Notes: generated from the letters alone by a model not told the origin. 62,430 bases of DNA, filler included, from Rhabdomonas costata (GCA_019059605.1; 19 parts of 19 records of this genome joined end to end with filler, not necessarily neighbours in it), one strand, 5' to 3'; positions 22,714 to 35,670 are shown, counted from the first letter of the whole stretch. Made by a program: numbers and translations.

Positions 22714-23771
22714 CGCAGCCCAACGGCTTCTCAAAACAGGTCGCAGGGTGTCGCATTGGTGTTGGTGAGACTGAAAGAGAAATGTGTGGAAGTCGGTGTG
22801 AGTCAGAGTGGCGTCAACGCGGACATTTCTTTTGAAGAAAGCATTTCGACAACAACACCTACAGCAACGCCACAAGCCTCCAGCACACAGGAGTTACGGA
22901 GGAAAGGTACCCCAAAAGAAAACGTCCAGTTTCCTTCGGAAACTTCAGTTTATCCAACAGGGCACAAAGCATCACAGCAACAAGGCCGAGGGTCAGACAC
23001 CACAACNNNNNNNNNNNNNNNNNNNNNNNNNNNNNNNNNNNNNNNNNNNNTTAATTAATTAANNNNNNNNNNNNNNNNNNNNNNNNNNNNNNNNNNNNNN
23101 NNNNNNGTGTGTGTTTTTTTTTTGTGTATGTGTGTCGCCGGCGTCGATGTGTGGGAGTGCGGGAGTGTGCCCGGCAATGCAAATGGGTTGTCACTCGAGG
23201 GATTGAAGAGTGATGTTGCCAACACCTTGGATCGCCATTGGACCATCATTGTTATGTGCACGTAAAGTGTGATGCCTTCCGCAGTAGGGACACCGACGTG
23301 AGTTGCTGACTGCTGGCTCTATACACTAGTGCCACTGGTAACCATGCAACGTCAGCAATGTCTGCAAAAGTGACACCCCCGCTATGTACAGTGTTGAAGC
23401 AGCACCTGTGTGCCAGAAATCCATACTGCCAAAACATTGCACCTGGGAGGGGAGTGAGGGAGGGGGAGAAATGTTGATGACTTCGCTATTTTCTTGTAGG
23501 GAAGTACATACTCTGGTCTATAAGGTTGTTACAGCTTAAACTCAGGGTCCTTATTCCTCAGCTCTGTTCACGCGGAAAAACGCCTCATGCGTATCCACAA
23601 TTTGGGAGCGTTCCCAGGTTCAATGGGAAGAGCATACTAAACGGTGAGTTTTGGATTGAAACTACCTTATGACATGGACCAGAACCTCAAGAAATCTCTT
23701 TTGGAGAGTTTGTGCAAACCGCTTGGAGGCACTGTGCCTGTGGATTTGGAGATGTATCCCGTCCTGCTCAG

Positions 23772-25701
23772 CTCACGGGGATCATCGGGCTTGCCGAGCT
23801 GTTGACCCTGACCCCTCTGAGTGGGATTCAGAGGCAGTACACGACCTCCATTGGGCTGTGCGGGAAGTCCCTGCTCAGCGTGGTCAACGACGTGCTGACC
23901 TTCGCTAAGCTGGAGGCTTCGAAGCTCAGCCTGGAGAGCCGGTGGTTTGACCTCCGGAGGTGCGTGGAGAGCGCCGTGGCGGTGTTGCGGGGGGGCGACC
24001 TCACAGCAAAGCCCGTGGAGCTGGTGGTGGAGATCCCCCACACCATCCCCGCCGCGGTGCTGGGGGACGAGACCAGGCTGAGCCAAGTGCTAATCAAGTG
24101 TGCTCTGTCCTTGTGTCCTCGAAGCCGTTTTCCCCCTGAGGCGTTGCTGGGAAGCGGTGAGGTGAATTTTGTTTGGGATGGTTTCAATTGAGCCGCGCTG
24201 TCCCCTTGACTTCTCCTTGACAGAGGAATCGTTGCTTTTGGATGCAGTCCAAGCAACCAGCCCTTTTCCCGCGCTCCCGCGCGGGATATGGTCTACTGCA
24301 CCTTTTTCCCAAAATTCAAAACCTGTGACTTCCAACAAACTGGCTGAATCGCGCAGTAAATCTATATACCCATGCACTTTTTTCTCTAAAAGCTTGCTGA
24401 ACAATGCCTTCAAGTTCACCAGCGAAGGGCTGATCACTCTGTATCTTGAGCACCGCTCCTTCCAGAGGTTCGGCCTCCCAGCCGACGGTTGCCTAACCGC
24501 GTCTCCAGTCTCGCGACAATCCAGGTCTACCCGCGACGGCCCAGACCCTGAATTTGGTCTTGTTCCAGCCGCACGTGCAGTCAACACGACTGCCCGGAGC
24601 GTGGGAAGGATGGAGCAGGCTATTGTGTTCCACGTTCGAGACACCGGGCTGGGCCTCACCGCGGAGCAGAAGGAGCGCCTTTTTCAGCCTTTCAGTCAGG
24701 CCGATGTCTCCACGACTCGGCAGTTTGGGGGTACGGGTCTGGGCCTCAGCATCTGCAAGCAGTTGTCAGAGCTTTGGAATGGGGAGATTGGCGTCGAGAG
24801 CGATGGCCTGGGGAAGGGGTGTCATTTTTGGGTTGCTGTCCCGCTGTGCCCCTCGTCTGGGGTTGCTTGGGAGCATTCCATTTCCATCCAGGTGCCGGAG
24901 CCGCCACGGCTGCCTGGTGCAGTAGCCGTGATTGACGGGTTCCCTTTTCGAGAACGCGCAACCCGAGAGCTCTTCCAATGTTTCAGTTCTCGGGTAGAAA
25001 TTTTTCCCGACGCTGCTGGTCTATCTGTCGCTCGGCTGGCGCAGTACTCCCTTCTTGCGGTTTTTCCTGGCTCTGACTCCGCGCAATGGCCCGCGCTGCG
25101 AGGCCAGCTCTCAGCGATGCTGAAAACCCCTTGTGAGCAGCTCCGTGTGTTGGGCTTTGTGAGTATGGGGGAGCTAAAGAAGGCCGAGGAGCTATTCGGG
25201 TTCCCTGTGTATCCTAAGCCTGCGACATTTGCTCAAGTTGAAGAGTTCCTGAAAAGTTCTCAGAGCCCGGCAGCCCACCCCCGGGAAACAATCACAGACT
25301 GCTCCGAGAGCGCCATAGAGACTTCCTTTCAGCTTCCCAGGAGAGTGCTGATTGCCGAGGATATCCAGCTTAACCAGCTGGTGTTCACGCAGATGCTGAA
25401 GCAGTGGGGCATTCACTGCGACACAGCGGACAATGGCCTGCAGGCGGTCTCGATGTGCGCCCAAAACGCTTATGAGGCGGTGTTTATGGACTGCCATATG
25501 CCATTATGTAACGGCTTTGAAGCCACTCGGAGAATTCGCCAACTTCCAGGCTACGGCAGTATTCCGATTATCGCCCTGACGGCGGCCACGACGGAGGATG
25601 ACCAGGTGGCTTGCGAGCAATGCGGAATGACGCACTTCCTAGCAAAGCCGGCAACACTTGCCACCATGCGGGCCGTGCTGGAGCAGATTTCGATGATATG
25701 A
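23772..25701 (+). CDS. Hybrid sensor histidine kinase/response regulator, 3' exons (23772-24097, 24393-25701)
   Basis: HisKA second half ([11 protein letters not shown]...[16 protein letters not shown]); [21 protein letters not shown] across a phase-2 intron; [15 protein letters not shown] and GGTGLGL boxes; receiver motifs LIAED, FMDCHMP, ALTA and LAKP. The H-box exon was not found in this contig. Confidence 0.95.
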
Positions 25702-26791
25702 CCCTTTTCTTGTCTCACGCCACCCGACCCTAACGTGTGTTTCTATTGGTGTATCATGGGTCATCTGTGCCTGCCTATTTTGTATCAATTTACATCATTG
25801 TTGTGCTTGTTTTGTAATTGCATTGCCTTTACAACACACCTACACAAACAAAACCACAAACTCACCAGCTTGTTAGAGCTGTGGCATGCACAACACTCAG
25901 ATTTTCCTCGCTCCTGATAGTCTTGCATACCCAGAGCTTGTCGCACGTTGCTCCGGGTGACCGTTTGCATCGGTCTTCGTCTCTTCAGTATGTTTGAAGA
26001 TAATCATGCCTTTTTACATTGGATCTTGTGCACTTTTCATTCATTGATTTTCACATGATCTTCTGGCTGGCAGAGAGCAATGCACTCAACGGGATGAACC
26101 GTGGTCGTTAGATGATGTTGGCGACTGATCGTTCCTTTTTGCGATTGGTTGCACATATGCTATGATCTGCTCATGTGACTCTTCCTCATTCTTCAATGTC
26201 CCTTTATTTTACATTGCAGTTTCTCTGTTTTGTGCCTGTCTGTTTAGTGAAAAACGTGGTGCTTTTGTATCAACATACAGGCACAAAACCCCNNNNNNNN
26301 NNNNNNNNNNNNNNNNNNNNNNNNNNNNNNNNNNNNTTAATTAATTAANNNNNNNNNNNNNNNNNNNNNNNNNNNNNNNNNNNNNNNNNNNNGGTTGTGG
26401 TGAATGGCTGAAAGACTCTTTGCCAGGCGCTGCAAAGCCATCGGCATTGTGTACGGGTTTCCCTGCAAGCTTTTTCTCTTTGTTTGGGTTCACTGCTCCC
26501 CTGTTGAGTTGTTCCGTGCTTTCCGGGCTGCACGGATCGTTTCCGAAAGGGCTTTGACTTTTCCCTGGAAAACTCTCTTCGCACCCTTTGTATGCTACTC
26601 CCCGGTTTTCAATGATGCCAGCGGATATCAGCGATGCCTAACCCACGGAGTGCTCTTTAATTCACTAAAGTAGCCTCGTCACGCACGGACCCAGCTCGCC
26701 TTCATCTGCGGAAGACGCGCTGCTCGTAGTGCCAGGGGCGCAGTGAACTGTTGGAGTCCGAACGCCCCTGGCGGGTGCCCTTTGACCGCTG

Positions 26792-29575
26792 ATGACCTAC
26801 CACCAGGTCTTCTTTGGGCGGGATCTTCACGAGGTTCTGCGGTCTGAGGCTGCCGTGAAACTGCTTACCGAGGAGCTGGTGCGTCGGGGCAGTGTCCCCA
26901 ACCGAAGGGACAGATCCAGCCCCTTCGATTGGGAGACAGAAGACATTCCCCTGGCGGAATTTAAGGCGATGTTTTTGGTCTTCACGGCCTGGGCTGGCGC
27001 ACAGGTCCTCCCACACCCACACTTCCAGGATTCGCACTATGTATGTGTGGTATGCGCTGGCTTTGCACAATGGCTGACGTATAATGATATATTCTGCCTG
27101 ACCGGGCACCTGTCTGTCCCCCAAATCCAAAGCCAGAAGGCTGCCTCATTTCTTTACTTTGCACTTCCTTTTACATCATCGCATTCAGCGTCAGTTCGTG
27201 GGGATGAGGAGGGTTTCTGTCTCTGTGCAGGTTAGTCCCGAAGCCTTTCCCAGGTGGTTTGGTGAAGCAGTGGATTATGTGGCTCCACACCGTATTTTAG
27301 CAACGCTATGGAACTTCGCCCAGGTGCGCCCCCACACTTTTCATTTTCGTAATGCTTCGCCATGTGCAGCGAGCTTTTGGCAGCTTTGGATGACCTCTTT
27401 TGCTCCGCTTTTGAACAGGCGCAGTGGCAGCACCGATTCATCTGTGTTCAGCCCCAGGTCAAGGTCTTTCCGAAGCTCTACCTGGACGCCCAGACGTACC
27501 ATCTGCATATACTAGTCAACCCTGAGGTGGCTTCCCTATTTCCCGGACGAAAGCAGCCCTTCACCGCGCCTATGTCTGATGCCGCCCCAGTCTCCTTGGA
27601 CCCAAAGGCTCGGGAATTGGCTGGAATCCCGGAGCGCGCGCAGACCTACTGCTTTGCCTACCCCTGCCTTGGTGACTGTGAGACCAGGCGACTCTCCGCG
27701 CAGTCCTCGCTGTGGGGATTCCTGGCCCTGGAGGGCTTCTTTTTCCTGGACGACAGGAACCAGCTCGTGCAAGTCAGTGCCCTGCAGGAGATACCTGGAG
27801 AAAGGGAGATGGCTGCGTCTGCCAGGATGCTTTATCTGAACCTCGCTTCCCCCGTGAACCACGAGTTGCTGAGCCGGATCACAGTGCACCACGTGGCTCG
27901 GCCTTTTCTGGGTCGAGCCAAACTTTCAGGGATTGCATGGGTTTCGCCATGTGCTGCTGGTACGCTTGTTAACATCTTTTGCAAAAGCGTTTCGAATGTT
28001 GTGTATCGGATTGTGAAAATGTCTCTGGTCAGGTTTCTCTACCGAGTCCAGGGTGTGGAGTGATCGGACGCTACTGTATTCTAAAAAGTATATTGCCTCT
28101 CCTGCTTTTTCGGCACCGTCATTTTTAGGTGACTTTCGAATTTTTCATGCTTCCGCGCATTAAGATGGGTAGGTCGTCACACCCACTGTTCTGGAGTTGG
28201 TTCGGCTGTATTTTCCCGTTTCTGGAAGCTGGAGCGTGGTCAGCAGTGCTGCGTTGATGAGTGCTGCACTCTGGTTTTTCAGGGGAGCTCTCACTTGCTG
28301 TCCCTCATGGCGGTTTTGTGGTGACCCACAGCGACGATGCTGCTGCAGAACTGGTTCCAGTCTTCTGCAAGTCCCAGGGTTTGACTGCCTGCCCAGGGTC
28401 CGATGAAGACCAAATCAATCAGATTCTGCAGAGTCTTGCCAGCCGCCCTGAAAAGCATTTCGCTGACATCCCTGCGATGGATGAAGTCTGTCGCAGCCTG
28501 TTTTCCATATTCACGAGGAGCAATCCAAGAATTTCCAAGGATGATGTTTGCTTCTTGCTTGTTCACTTGGGTACCCTTCTCAAACGCAAGATGCAACCTC
28601 AAGATGTCGAGGACTGGCTTGACGACGCGCTGGAACCGGATGAGTCGGATCTGGAAGTGCTCCCATTTGCCTTTCTGCTGCGTCAATTTCTAATCAGTCA
28701 GGTTGCGTTGGACTGGCTGGAAGTCACTACGAGGGAGGCGTCACGGGATGACGGCAGTTCCTTAAGCCCTCTGGCTTCGCCCGTTGATGAGGCGGCAAGC
28801 ATCCGGGTTGTTTATCTTCGCAAAGACGTCAGCCTTCCCATTGCCACGCGAGACGGAGAGTACTTCTTCACGCAGGCCACCATTGAGGGGGTGGCACTTC
28901 CCCGAAATGCGGCCGGGCGGCTTTCCAGAGTCACCGCGGTCCCGGCGGATGTTTTGGAAAATGACAAAGCAGGGGTTCCTTACGATGCAGCTTGGTATTG
29001 CTTTGCGTACCCCATCCCTGAGGTGACGAGATTGCCCGATCTGAAACCTATGGACATCCCCGCCCATGCTTTTCTCGTGGCTGGAGGATTCCTCTACCTC
29101 GGCGAGCAGAACGAGATTCTTCAGGTCAGCGCGTTGAGTTTCATGGAGAGCAGGGCCTCCCGTCCACTGACGTTGTCCAGCCCGAAGGCTGTCTCAAGGG
29201 CTCTGATGCAGTCGCGGCCCACAATTGCAGCCTCCCACCCGTCGGCAATAATGGCTCGGTGCGTGTTTGGGATGGATTCGGTGGACAGCTTCCAGTGGAT
29301 CCCGCCCGAGTTAGAAGCGGAACACGGCATCCACGAGGAGTCGTCCCACGGAGCATTCTTGGTCTGTTGCAGGGCTCCGTCCCGCAGCTATGTCCTCTTC
29401 CGGGTGCTCTGCCAAAGAATGACGTGCTGCGGGAATCAGTGGAATGAGGCGTTTCTACAAGCCTCCAATTCCTCCGGAACCTCTGCCCCAACAGACCCGA
29501 ACCTGGGGCTTCAGCGGGCCGTGTCCTGCTTTCACAACGTGAACTTCTTTGACAAGGCGGATGTCCAGTTCTGGA
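26792..29575 (+). CDS. Multi-exon unknown protein with an internal ~200-aa domain duplication; clear exons 27370-27959 and 28283-29575, with 5' exons around 26792-27040 and 27231-27323 less certain
   Basis: Long open frames; phase-1 G|GTACGC...TTTCAG|GG intron; two copies of AG(I/V)PxxAxxYCFAYP...FLxxxGF...QVSAL...W(V/I)xP...HG(G/A)F(V/L)V. Truncated by the contig end. Confidence 0.8.
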
Positions 29576-29861
29576 NNNNNNNNNNNNNNNNNNNNNNNNN
29601 NNNNNNNNNNNNNNNNNNNTTAATTAATTAANNNNNNNNNNNNNNNNNNNNNNNNNNNNNNNNNNNNNNNNNNNNGGTGTGGGGGGTGTAAACGTTTACA
29701 CCCCCCCCCCCAATGCAATTGTCCCAGTACGGTTGGCGTTCTCTTCCAGGCGGGCTACTGATCAGTTCTCCTCCAATTGCACAGTTTTTCAGTTTGGAAG
29801 ATAAAATAGACGCTAAGGCACAAAAGAAACCCCCACGTGAATAAATGGCGATGGTTCCCAC

Positions 29862-31526
29862 CTGAGTCAAGAATCTCGAGCCCATAGGTCGATGCCGCCG
29901 ACTCACCCGCGATGACAGCGGTGTCGAGGAGATTCTTCTCCTTCACAATCTTTGCACTCCCTAAAAAGGAGCAAAAACCAATACCGAAACGTCAACATTG
30001 GCAAGGGAAGATAGGTACTCGCGCAAGGGTTTCTCCTTAATTCACGGAGTGGAACGATTGCAAACACTGCTTAACGCTTTTTGGCTTTTGTGGATTTTTG
30101 GAATTGTCGTTGCTGGGCTTTTGGCAGACAAATGAGACAAGATTATTTTAGGGGCAGAGACCAGTCCGCGCTGCAGCTATCTCTTAATGCAATGTAAACA
30201 TTTAATGCTTAATGTACGGGAAGCACTAGGCCGTCCAACGGCGAACACCACCGCCAAAACGACTACAGAAGGAACATAACGATGCATAAACGCATTAATC
30301 GCATTCAATGAAACCAACTGAGGCCTTTTGAATGACTTTCCAACAAATAGTGATGCACCTGCAGTATCGTAGGCAGGCTCGGGCTCCCAGCCATTCTTGC
30401 GGATATACCACTCGCACTGAGCGAGAGCCTGAGAGTGGCTGGTGACCTTTCGGATCTTGTCCCGGGTCACCCCCGGCACCACCATGAGGCAGTGCCGAAC
30501 CCGAAACTGGTGCTGTGAAACAGGGCACCGTAAGTGTGGAAGGGATGCAGATGACGGAATGTCTTTCAAACACACAGCATGTGCAACAGTTACAATATGG
30601 GCTCGCTTTATTCTCTGCGGGCAAGAGTGGTGCACAGGCGCCTCAGCCTGGGATAGTACCTGCGTATGCAATTGCATGTGTGAGCACCGCCCCAAGAACG
30701 CCGCAGCAAATTGCGCCGCAGCAAATAGGTTTTTTCAGTAAAAAAAAACGTGCCGAGAAACTCCTCTTTCCGCCGAGCATGACATGTCCTGATCCCATAG
30801 TCAAAGTTTCCCCTCACGTCTCTGAGAACGAGGAGATACGGTCCTAGGAAGGGGAAGGAGGCTGCAACAGAAGCATGTGCGGGGCATCATACACCAGCAG
30901 GTCGCATTCAAGCACAACCAGGGGTGGTGGTCCTCCCACACAACAATATCGTTCTCTGCTATCCCTTTCCCTCCTTTCCCGAAACCTCCGCAATGACGTG
31001 CAGGTTGTGACTCATGCACAGGTCATAGCTGGCGTGGATGCTCCCGCCTAAGGTGTTCTCGAAGGGCAGCAGGCCGTAGTCCACTTCAGCTTTCTCCACG
31101 GCGCCGAAGGCCGCAGGGAAGGACTCCCGGGGCACCGGCCGCACCCCGCCCGGGTAGCTGCTGAACAGCTCCTGCACGGCCATTTCACTGTAGGCCCCGG
31201 GGACACCCTGAGACGACCACCAAGGGAGAGGCGAGGGCAGTGACACGGTGTCCTACCAAAATCTCATTCCAAACCGAAGCGTTCTGAGTGTTTCATCAAA
31301 AACAGCCAGCAACGTATTTAGAGCCAGTAAAGAAGTCGTTTCGGTGCTTTTCTGGAATTCAAGGGTAACACACACACACACACAAACACTCACTCACACA
31401 GAGATTAGACAAAAGCAACGCGATTGTGAGAGGCATGTCAACAATCACCACTGCATCCACAACCAAAACAAAACCTGGTATGCAACCGTGGGGGGACCCT
31501 TGACCAGCGACGACGCGCTGGGGACC
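29862..31526 (-). CDS. pheA: Arogenate/prephenate dehydratase (PDT domain); exons 31526-31475, 31207-30986, 30512-30359, 29960-29862
   Basis: Spliced peptide TVAYQ|GVPGAYSE...LPFENTLGGSIHASYDL...E|HQFRVRHCL...SHSQALAQC...YDTA-G|SAK...TAVIA...YGLEIL; all introns GT-AG and phase-consistent. Confidence 0.93.
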
Positions 31527-33879
31527 CTGCAGCTAATGTTCAGATAAGGTTGCTGCATTGCTCGAGACAGCAGCGGTAAGGCCCGCAGAGGGCACAAAAG
31601 AGAGTCCCACAGCGTGCGGGCACTGAAAACCAAACACGGGGAACAACACGAAAGCGTACACGGCCGCTCGGAAAAGCCTGAAAACTACTTCTGGGTACAA
31701 TAGAACTTCTTGAAACCCAACCGGTGTGTGCCACTCGGAGACACTTTTTTTCAATTATTGTACCCCTACTTTTCCCATGAAGCGGAGGGTGTCCTGTCGG
31801 CACTCACAACCAACAAACGGGGCTCAACGCATTTGCATGTCATTTCCGGTCCCCAATTCCACCTTATGAAACACAGCACAGGCACAGGTACAGCACACGC
31901 GGGAAATTCTAACCTAAACAACAACTAAGTTTCCAAGTTGAATACTTACTTTTCGGCAACGCTATTTCATCATCAGGTTAAAGGTTACACGGGGGGAGAA
32001 AAGGGCAAAAAAAAAGTGGTGCCCATGAGTCTCCCGTAAATTTTCAAGAAAGCAGAGCCACCTCTCTCGCTTGCAAAATAATAGCCTCCCAGGAGCTTTC
32101 TTCCAACAGGTCAGCAGTTGTTGCACCCGGTTTCCTGAGGTGACTAAGAAAATTTCTCCCCCGCAACACGGGTAAGACCAATCGAAAACAATATCGCAGA
32201 AGTCCCTCAGATCACACATGCCCCACATGCCCCACAGTTGCCACAGCGGCCATGGGTAACAAGGGGACACCAACCGCTCACAGCCGTTCCCAGCCACTTG
32301 CCAGGACGGCCACTGATGCCGTTCAACTCACTTCGTGAGTGCGGCTGAGTATGGGTACGTGTGTGAGGCAGGGAGGAGGTGAAAAGGTGGAGAAGCGCGG
32401 TGGAGAACGCTCATCCCACCACATGACGGAGCGACCCAGGGCAGGAGCACTGTGAAAATCGGGAAGTGCGCACCCATGCATACACACACACGCACATAAC
32501 AGAGATCACTTCAATGGACTGGTCAACACCACGAGGGAACTGATATCGATAGTCATGCAGACTGTGAGTATAGGTGGGGAGGGGGAGGGCATAGCCTGCC
32601 CCAAAGGAGAGAAACTGCACTGAGACCCTTCCAACACTTTCAAACATCGACCCCTTCGTGCACTTCTTCGCGGAGCTGAGATATAAGGATTTTATCAGCA
32701 AACGAGGGAATCGTGTCGAGTTTAACCTTTTCATTCAGCACCCTCCACCCTCTCCTCCCCAATCTCGGGTAACCGAAGCTTACCTTAAACGTCCGTAGGA
32801 CGACCGGTCTACGCATTCTCAGCTGCCCAAGGGGAGCCCATGCGGTGCTAGTTNNNNNNNNNNNNNNNNNNNNNNNNNNNNNNNNNNNNNNNNNNNNTTA
32901 ATTAATTAANNNNNNNNNNNNNNNNNNNNNNNNNNNNNNNNNNNNNNNNNNNNGTTGTGTTGATAATGGAGGAGAAATGGCTGCAAGTGCATTTCCAGGC
33001 TCCCCCGCTCATAGGCCTGGAAATGCACTTGCAGCCATTTCTCCTCCATTATCAACCGAAACCACGAACTTCACATGAATTCCAGACGCTTATGAACATA
33101 TTTTGCAAGTGTACTCGCATAAACCTCGAGCGCAAACCAAACCAAACCCAAGTGAACACGGAAAGCCTTCCGAAGCAGCGAAGCAGGGATGGACGCGTCC
33201 ATCCTGTTCACAACCGGCTCAATTGGCGGGGGAAGGTTTCTTTCAGCAAGGTTCACACAGACACACACATACACACACGGATAAATGGTGAAATGAATGG
33301 TGGGCAGGTGAGAGAGCTATGGTAGCCAAGGGTGCTGCGCCCAGATCGGAGTTTTGAAAGTGATTCAAAACGAACCAAGGGTGAGAGCCCTGTCCACGGG
33401 AGTGGATTGACAAATTTGTGTTTTTAAGATTTGTACAGCGTTGAAGTGCGGCCTGCACTTGATGTGGAGGACAATGGAAGGACAGCAGGGTAGGGTACTG
33501 GGCGAGGACGGTGTGGGAATTGCTCAAAAAAAAAGAGGGGCATTGGTGGGATTGGAATACTGTCCGAAGGAAACGACACAAAACAGGAGAGAGGAACTCA
33601 CTTCCCTTTCACAATAAAAATAATCCATTCCAGATGCAACCTACAGTCTGACGCTAACCAAGGTTCAAATGCACACCTCAAATGCATACACATACACGAC
33701 ACAGCATAGAAATATGGATATGTCTTTTCGTTGCGCAGAAAACTCAACAAGCAAACACCTGTTCACTGAAAAGCTCACTAAAGACGCAAAACAGATCACT
33801 CTAAATTCAGCCAGCCCTCCAAACTCCAAACCGAAACCGCGCCCTGTGGCGAGGCTCTGCTTAAATGTCCAGAGACGGG

Positions 33880-35089
33880 CTAAACCTTCTCAGGGAATGC
33901 CACGATGTCATCACTGGGGAACCCGCCCCCAACCCCCAGCCCGCGGCGGTAGCAGGCCTGCAGAAATCGCGCCCGCCTCCACGGGGGCACCGCCAGCTGC
34001 TGGGACTGCAGAGAGTGGCTGGCCAGCCTGCACAGCGTGGCAATGGCCGCCCGCAGCCGCAGTTCTGTCCCCACAAAGGGCTCGGGGAGAGCCTCCAGAA
34101 GGGCCTGATAATTCAAGGCGGGAGCACTTCGTTGGGCGCAGACCCACAAACACCAATGAAGAAGCGCAGCGGCAGCGAGACAGGCATGGGCCAGTGCGTG
34201 CGAGTGTTCTACCTCAACCCGTCTTATGCATGGGAAGCGGGGGACCCGACAGTGACGGAATGGTGCCCACTACAGCACATGTGCATTCTATGGACTGAAG
34301 AGGAGACAACAGGGCACAACACAGAATCAGAAACACCTGGAACGCAGGCAGTGGCCGGGCCACCGCAAACAGCTCCCGGAAGTGGAAGTACACCACCAGC
34401 CCAATTTCAGATGAAGGGCCTGCCGCGCAGAGACCGCCCTCGCCGTGCGGCAGGCTCACACAGGAGCAGAGAGAAGAGCAAGAAGCGGAAGGGGAAGGGA
34501 AAGAGCAAGCGGCCGCGCCGGCCGTACAGGAAGGCGGGCAAGCTTTCCAGAAGGTGTGGGAGCCAAAGCTCTGGAACGCCGCGGTGGGCGGGCACAGCTG
34601 GTGCCGCACTACAGTCCACCCACACCTCCGCAGGCACTCCACAAACGCCGCCTCCACCACGGCCCCCCCGGAACAAGGGCACCACTCCCGCAAGAAGGCC
34701 TGCAGCTCCCTCCCCAGCACCAGCAGGCGGGCCTCGGGGTGGCCCTCCCGGGCAAGCCGGTGCAAAGGGGACAGCGGGGCAGAGAGGCCGCTGTCCTTTC
34801 CACCGACAGGCCTGGGAACGCATGGGCCTGGGCCTTGTCTTTCGGGTGGAGCTGGGCAACTGCCCCGCGGGCTCGCTGTAGTGGAGGGGGGCTCGGAGGC
34901 TGTGGGAGAGGGAGAGGAGGAGGGTACTCTGCTGAAGCCCTCCCTCATCGTGGGAAAGGGAGAGGAAGGGCTTACCATGAGTCCAAGGAGGCGCTTCGGG
35001 GAAGGCAGCCGAAAAGGAGGCCAACCTCTGGCAAGGTTGATGAGCAGTCGGCGGAGCGGCGGTGTGGGCAAAGCGATACTGGGGAGCAA
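33880..35089 (-). CDS. Probable multi-exon orphan gene (exon boundaries approximate)
   Basis: GC-rich coding-like blocks with ATG|GTAAG and CAG|GTGTTT donors and a TATCAG|GCC acceptor; peptides such as ARLLVLGRELQAFLREW and ALLEALPEPFVGTELRLRAAIATL; no family recognised. Confidence 0.45.
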
Positions 35090-35569
35090 TGCGCCATTTT
35101 CGCTCCGTTTCCAAGTTGCGTTAAAAGGGAAGAAAGGAAGAAATGAGAGGGGAGAAGTGAGCGGAGGAATGGTGGGGGTTTCTTGATGAGAAGGATGGAT
35201 CTAGGCTCAGTTCGTGTCGGCTTGTGTCGTGCAGAAGCCAAAAGAAAATGGAAGAAGCACAGGAGCGCAGTTTCGTCTTCTGTAACAGTCAGAAGCAGAG
35301 ACCCCAACCACCGCGTTGGCGACAAAAATTTTTTACTTTTTAACTGGCTGAAAGATTACCACTGTTCAACACATTAGAAACGATGGAATTCAAAACGAAT
35401 AGAACAGTTCTTTCTCTTAACGCTGTTCTGGGGGTTCTTTCAGGTGGGCTTATCTAGCCACTTCAGCCGATCTCCGGAACCTCACCAAGCGTCGGGGCCT
35501 CATCGGAAATAGGGGGGTGGGACCAATTAACTCGACCCAAAACCTCGCCCTTTTCGCTGGGTGACATCC

Positions 35570-35670
35570 GCCATGGTCACTCCCGGACCGGACCGGAGAC
35601 CTAACAACAACCTCAGAACTCCAGCAAGGTGACGGGTTGGGGCTCATACTTGGTGGTATGGTAGTACTCC
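35570..35670 (-). pseudogene. Possible degenerate 5S rRNA-derived sequence
   Basis: GGAGTACTACCATACCACC...AACCCGTC...GAGTT...GGGAGTGACCA is spaced like the 5' two-thirds of eukaryotic 5S rRNA; the 3' strand of helix I is missing. Confidence 0.3.

Noticed and set aside
31282-31292. TTCTGAGTGT as another SL copy
   Set aside because: Lacks the T-run-CG 3' end; a short chance match inside an intron.
32959-33056. Perfect 42-bp inverted repeat with a 14-nt loop
   Set aside because: Starts at the contig end inside the G/T primer-like bases; a fold-back artefact is more likely than a miRNA or hairpin telomere.
33669-35186. Long plus-strand ORFs (338, 233, 210, 209 aa)
   Set aside because: Antisense shadows of GC-rich minus-strand exons; the splice signals are on the minus strand.
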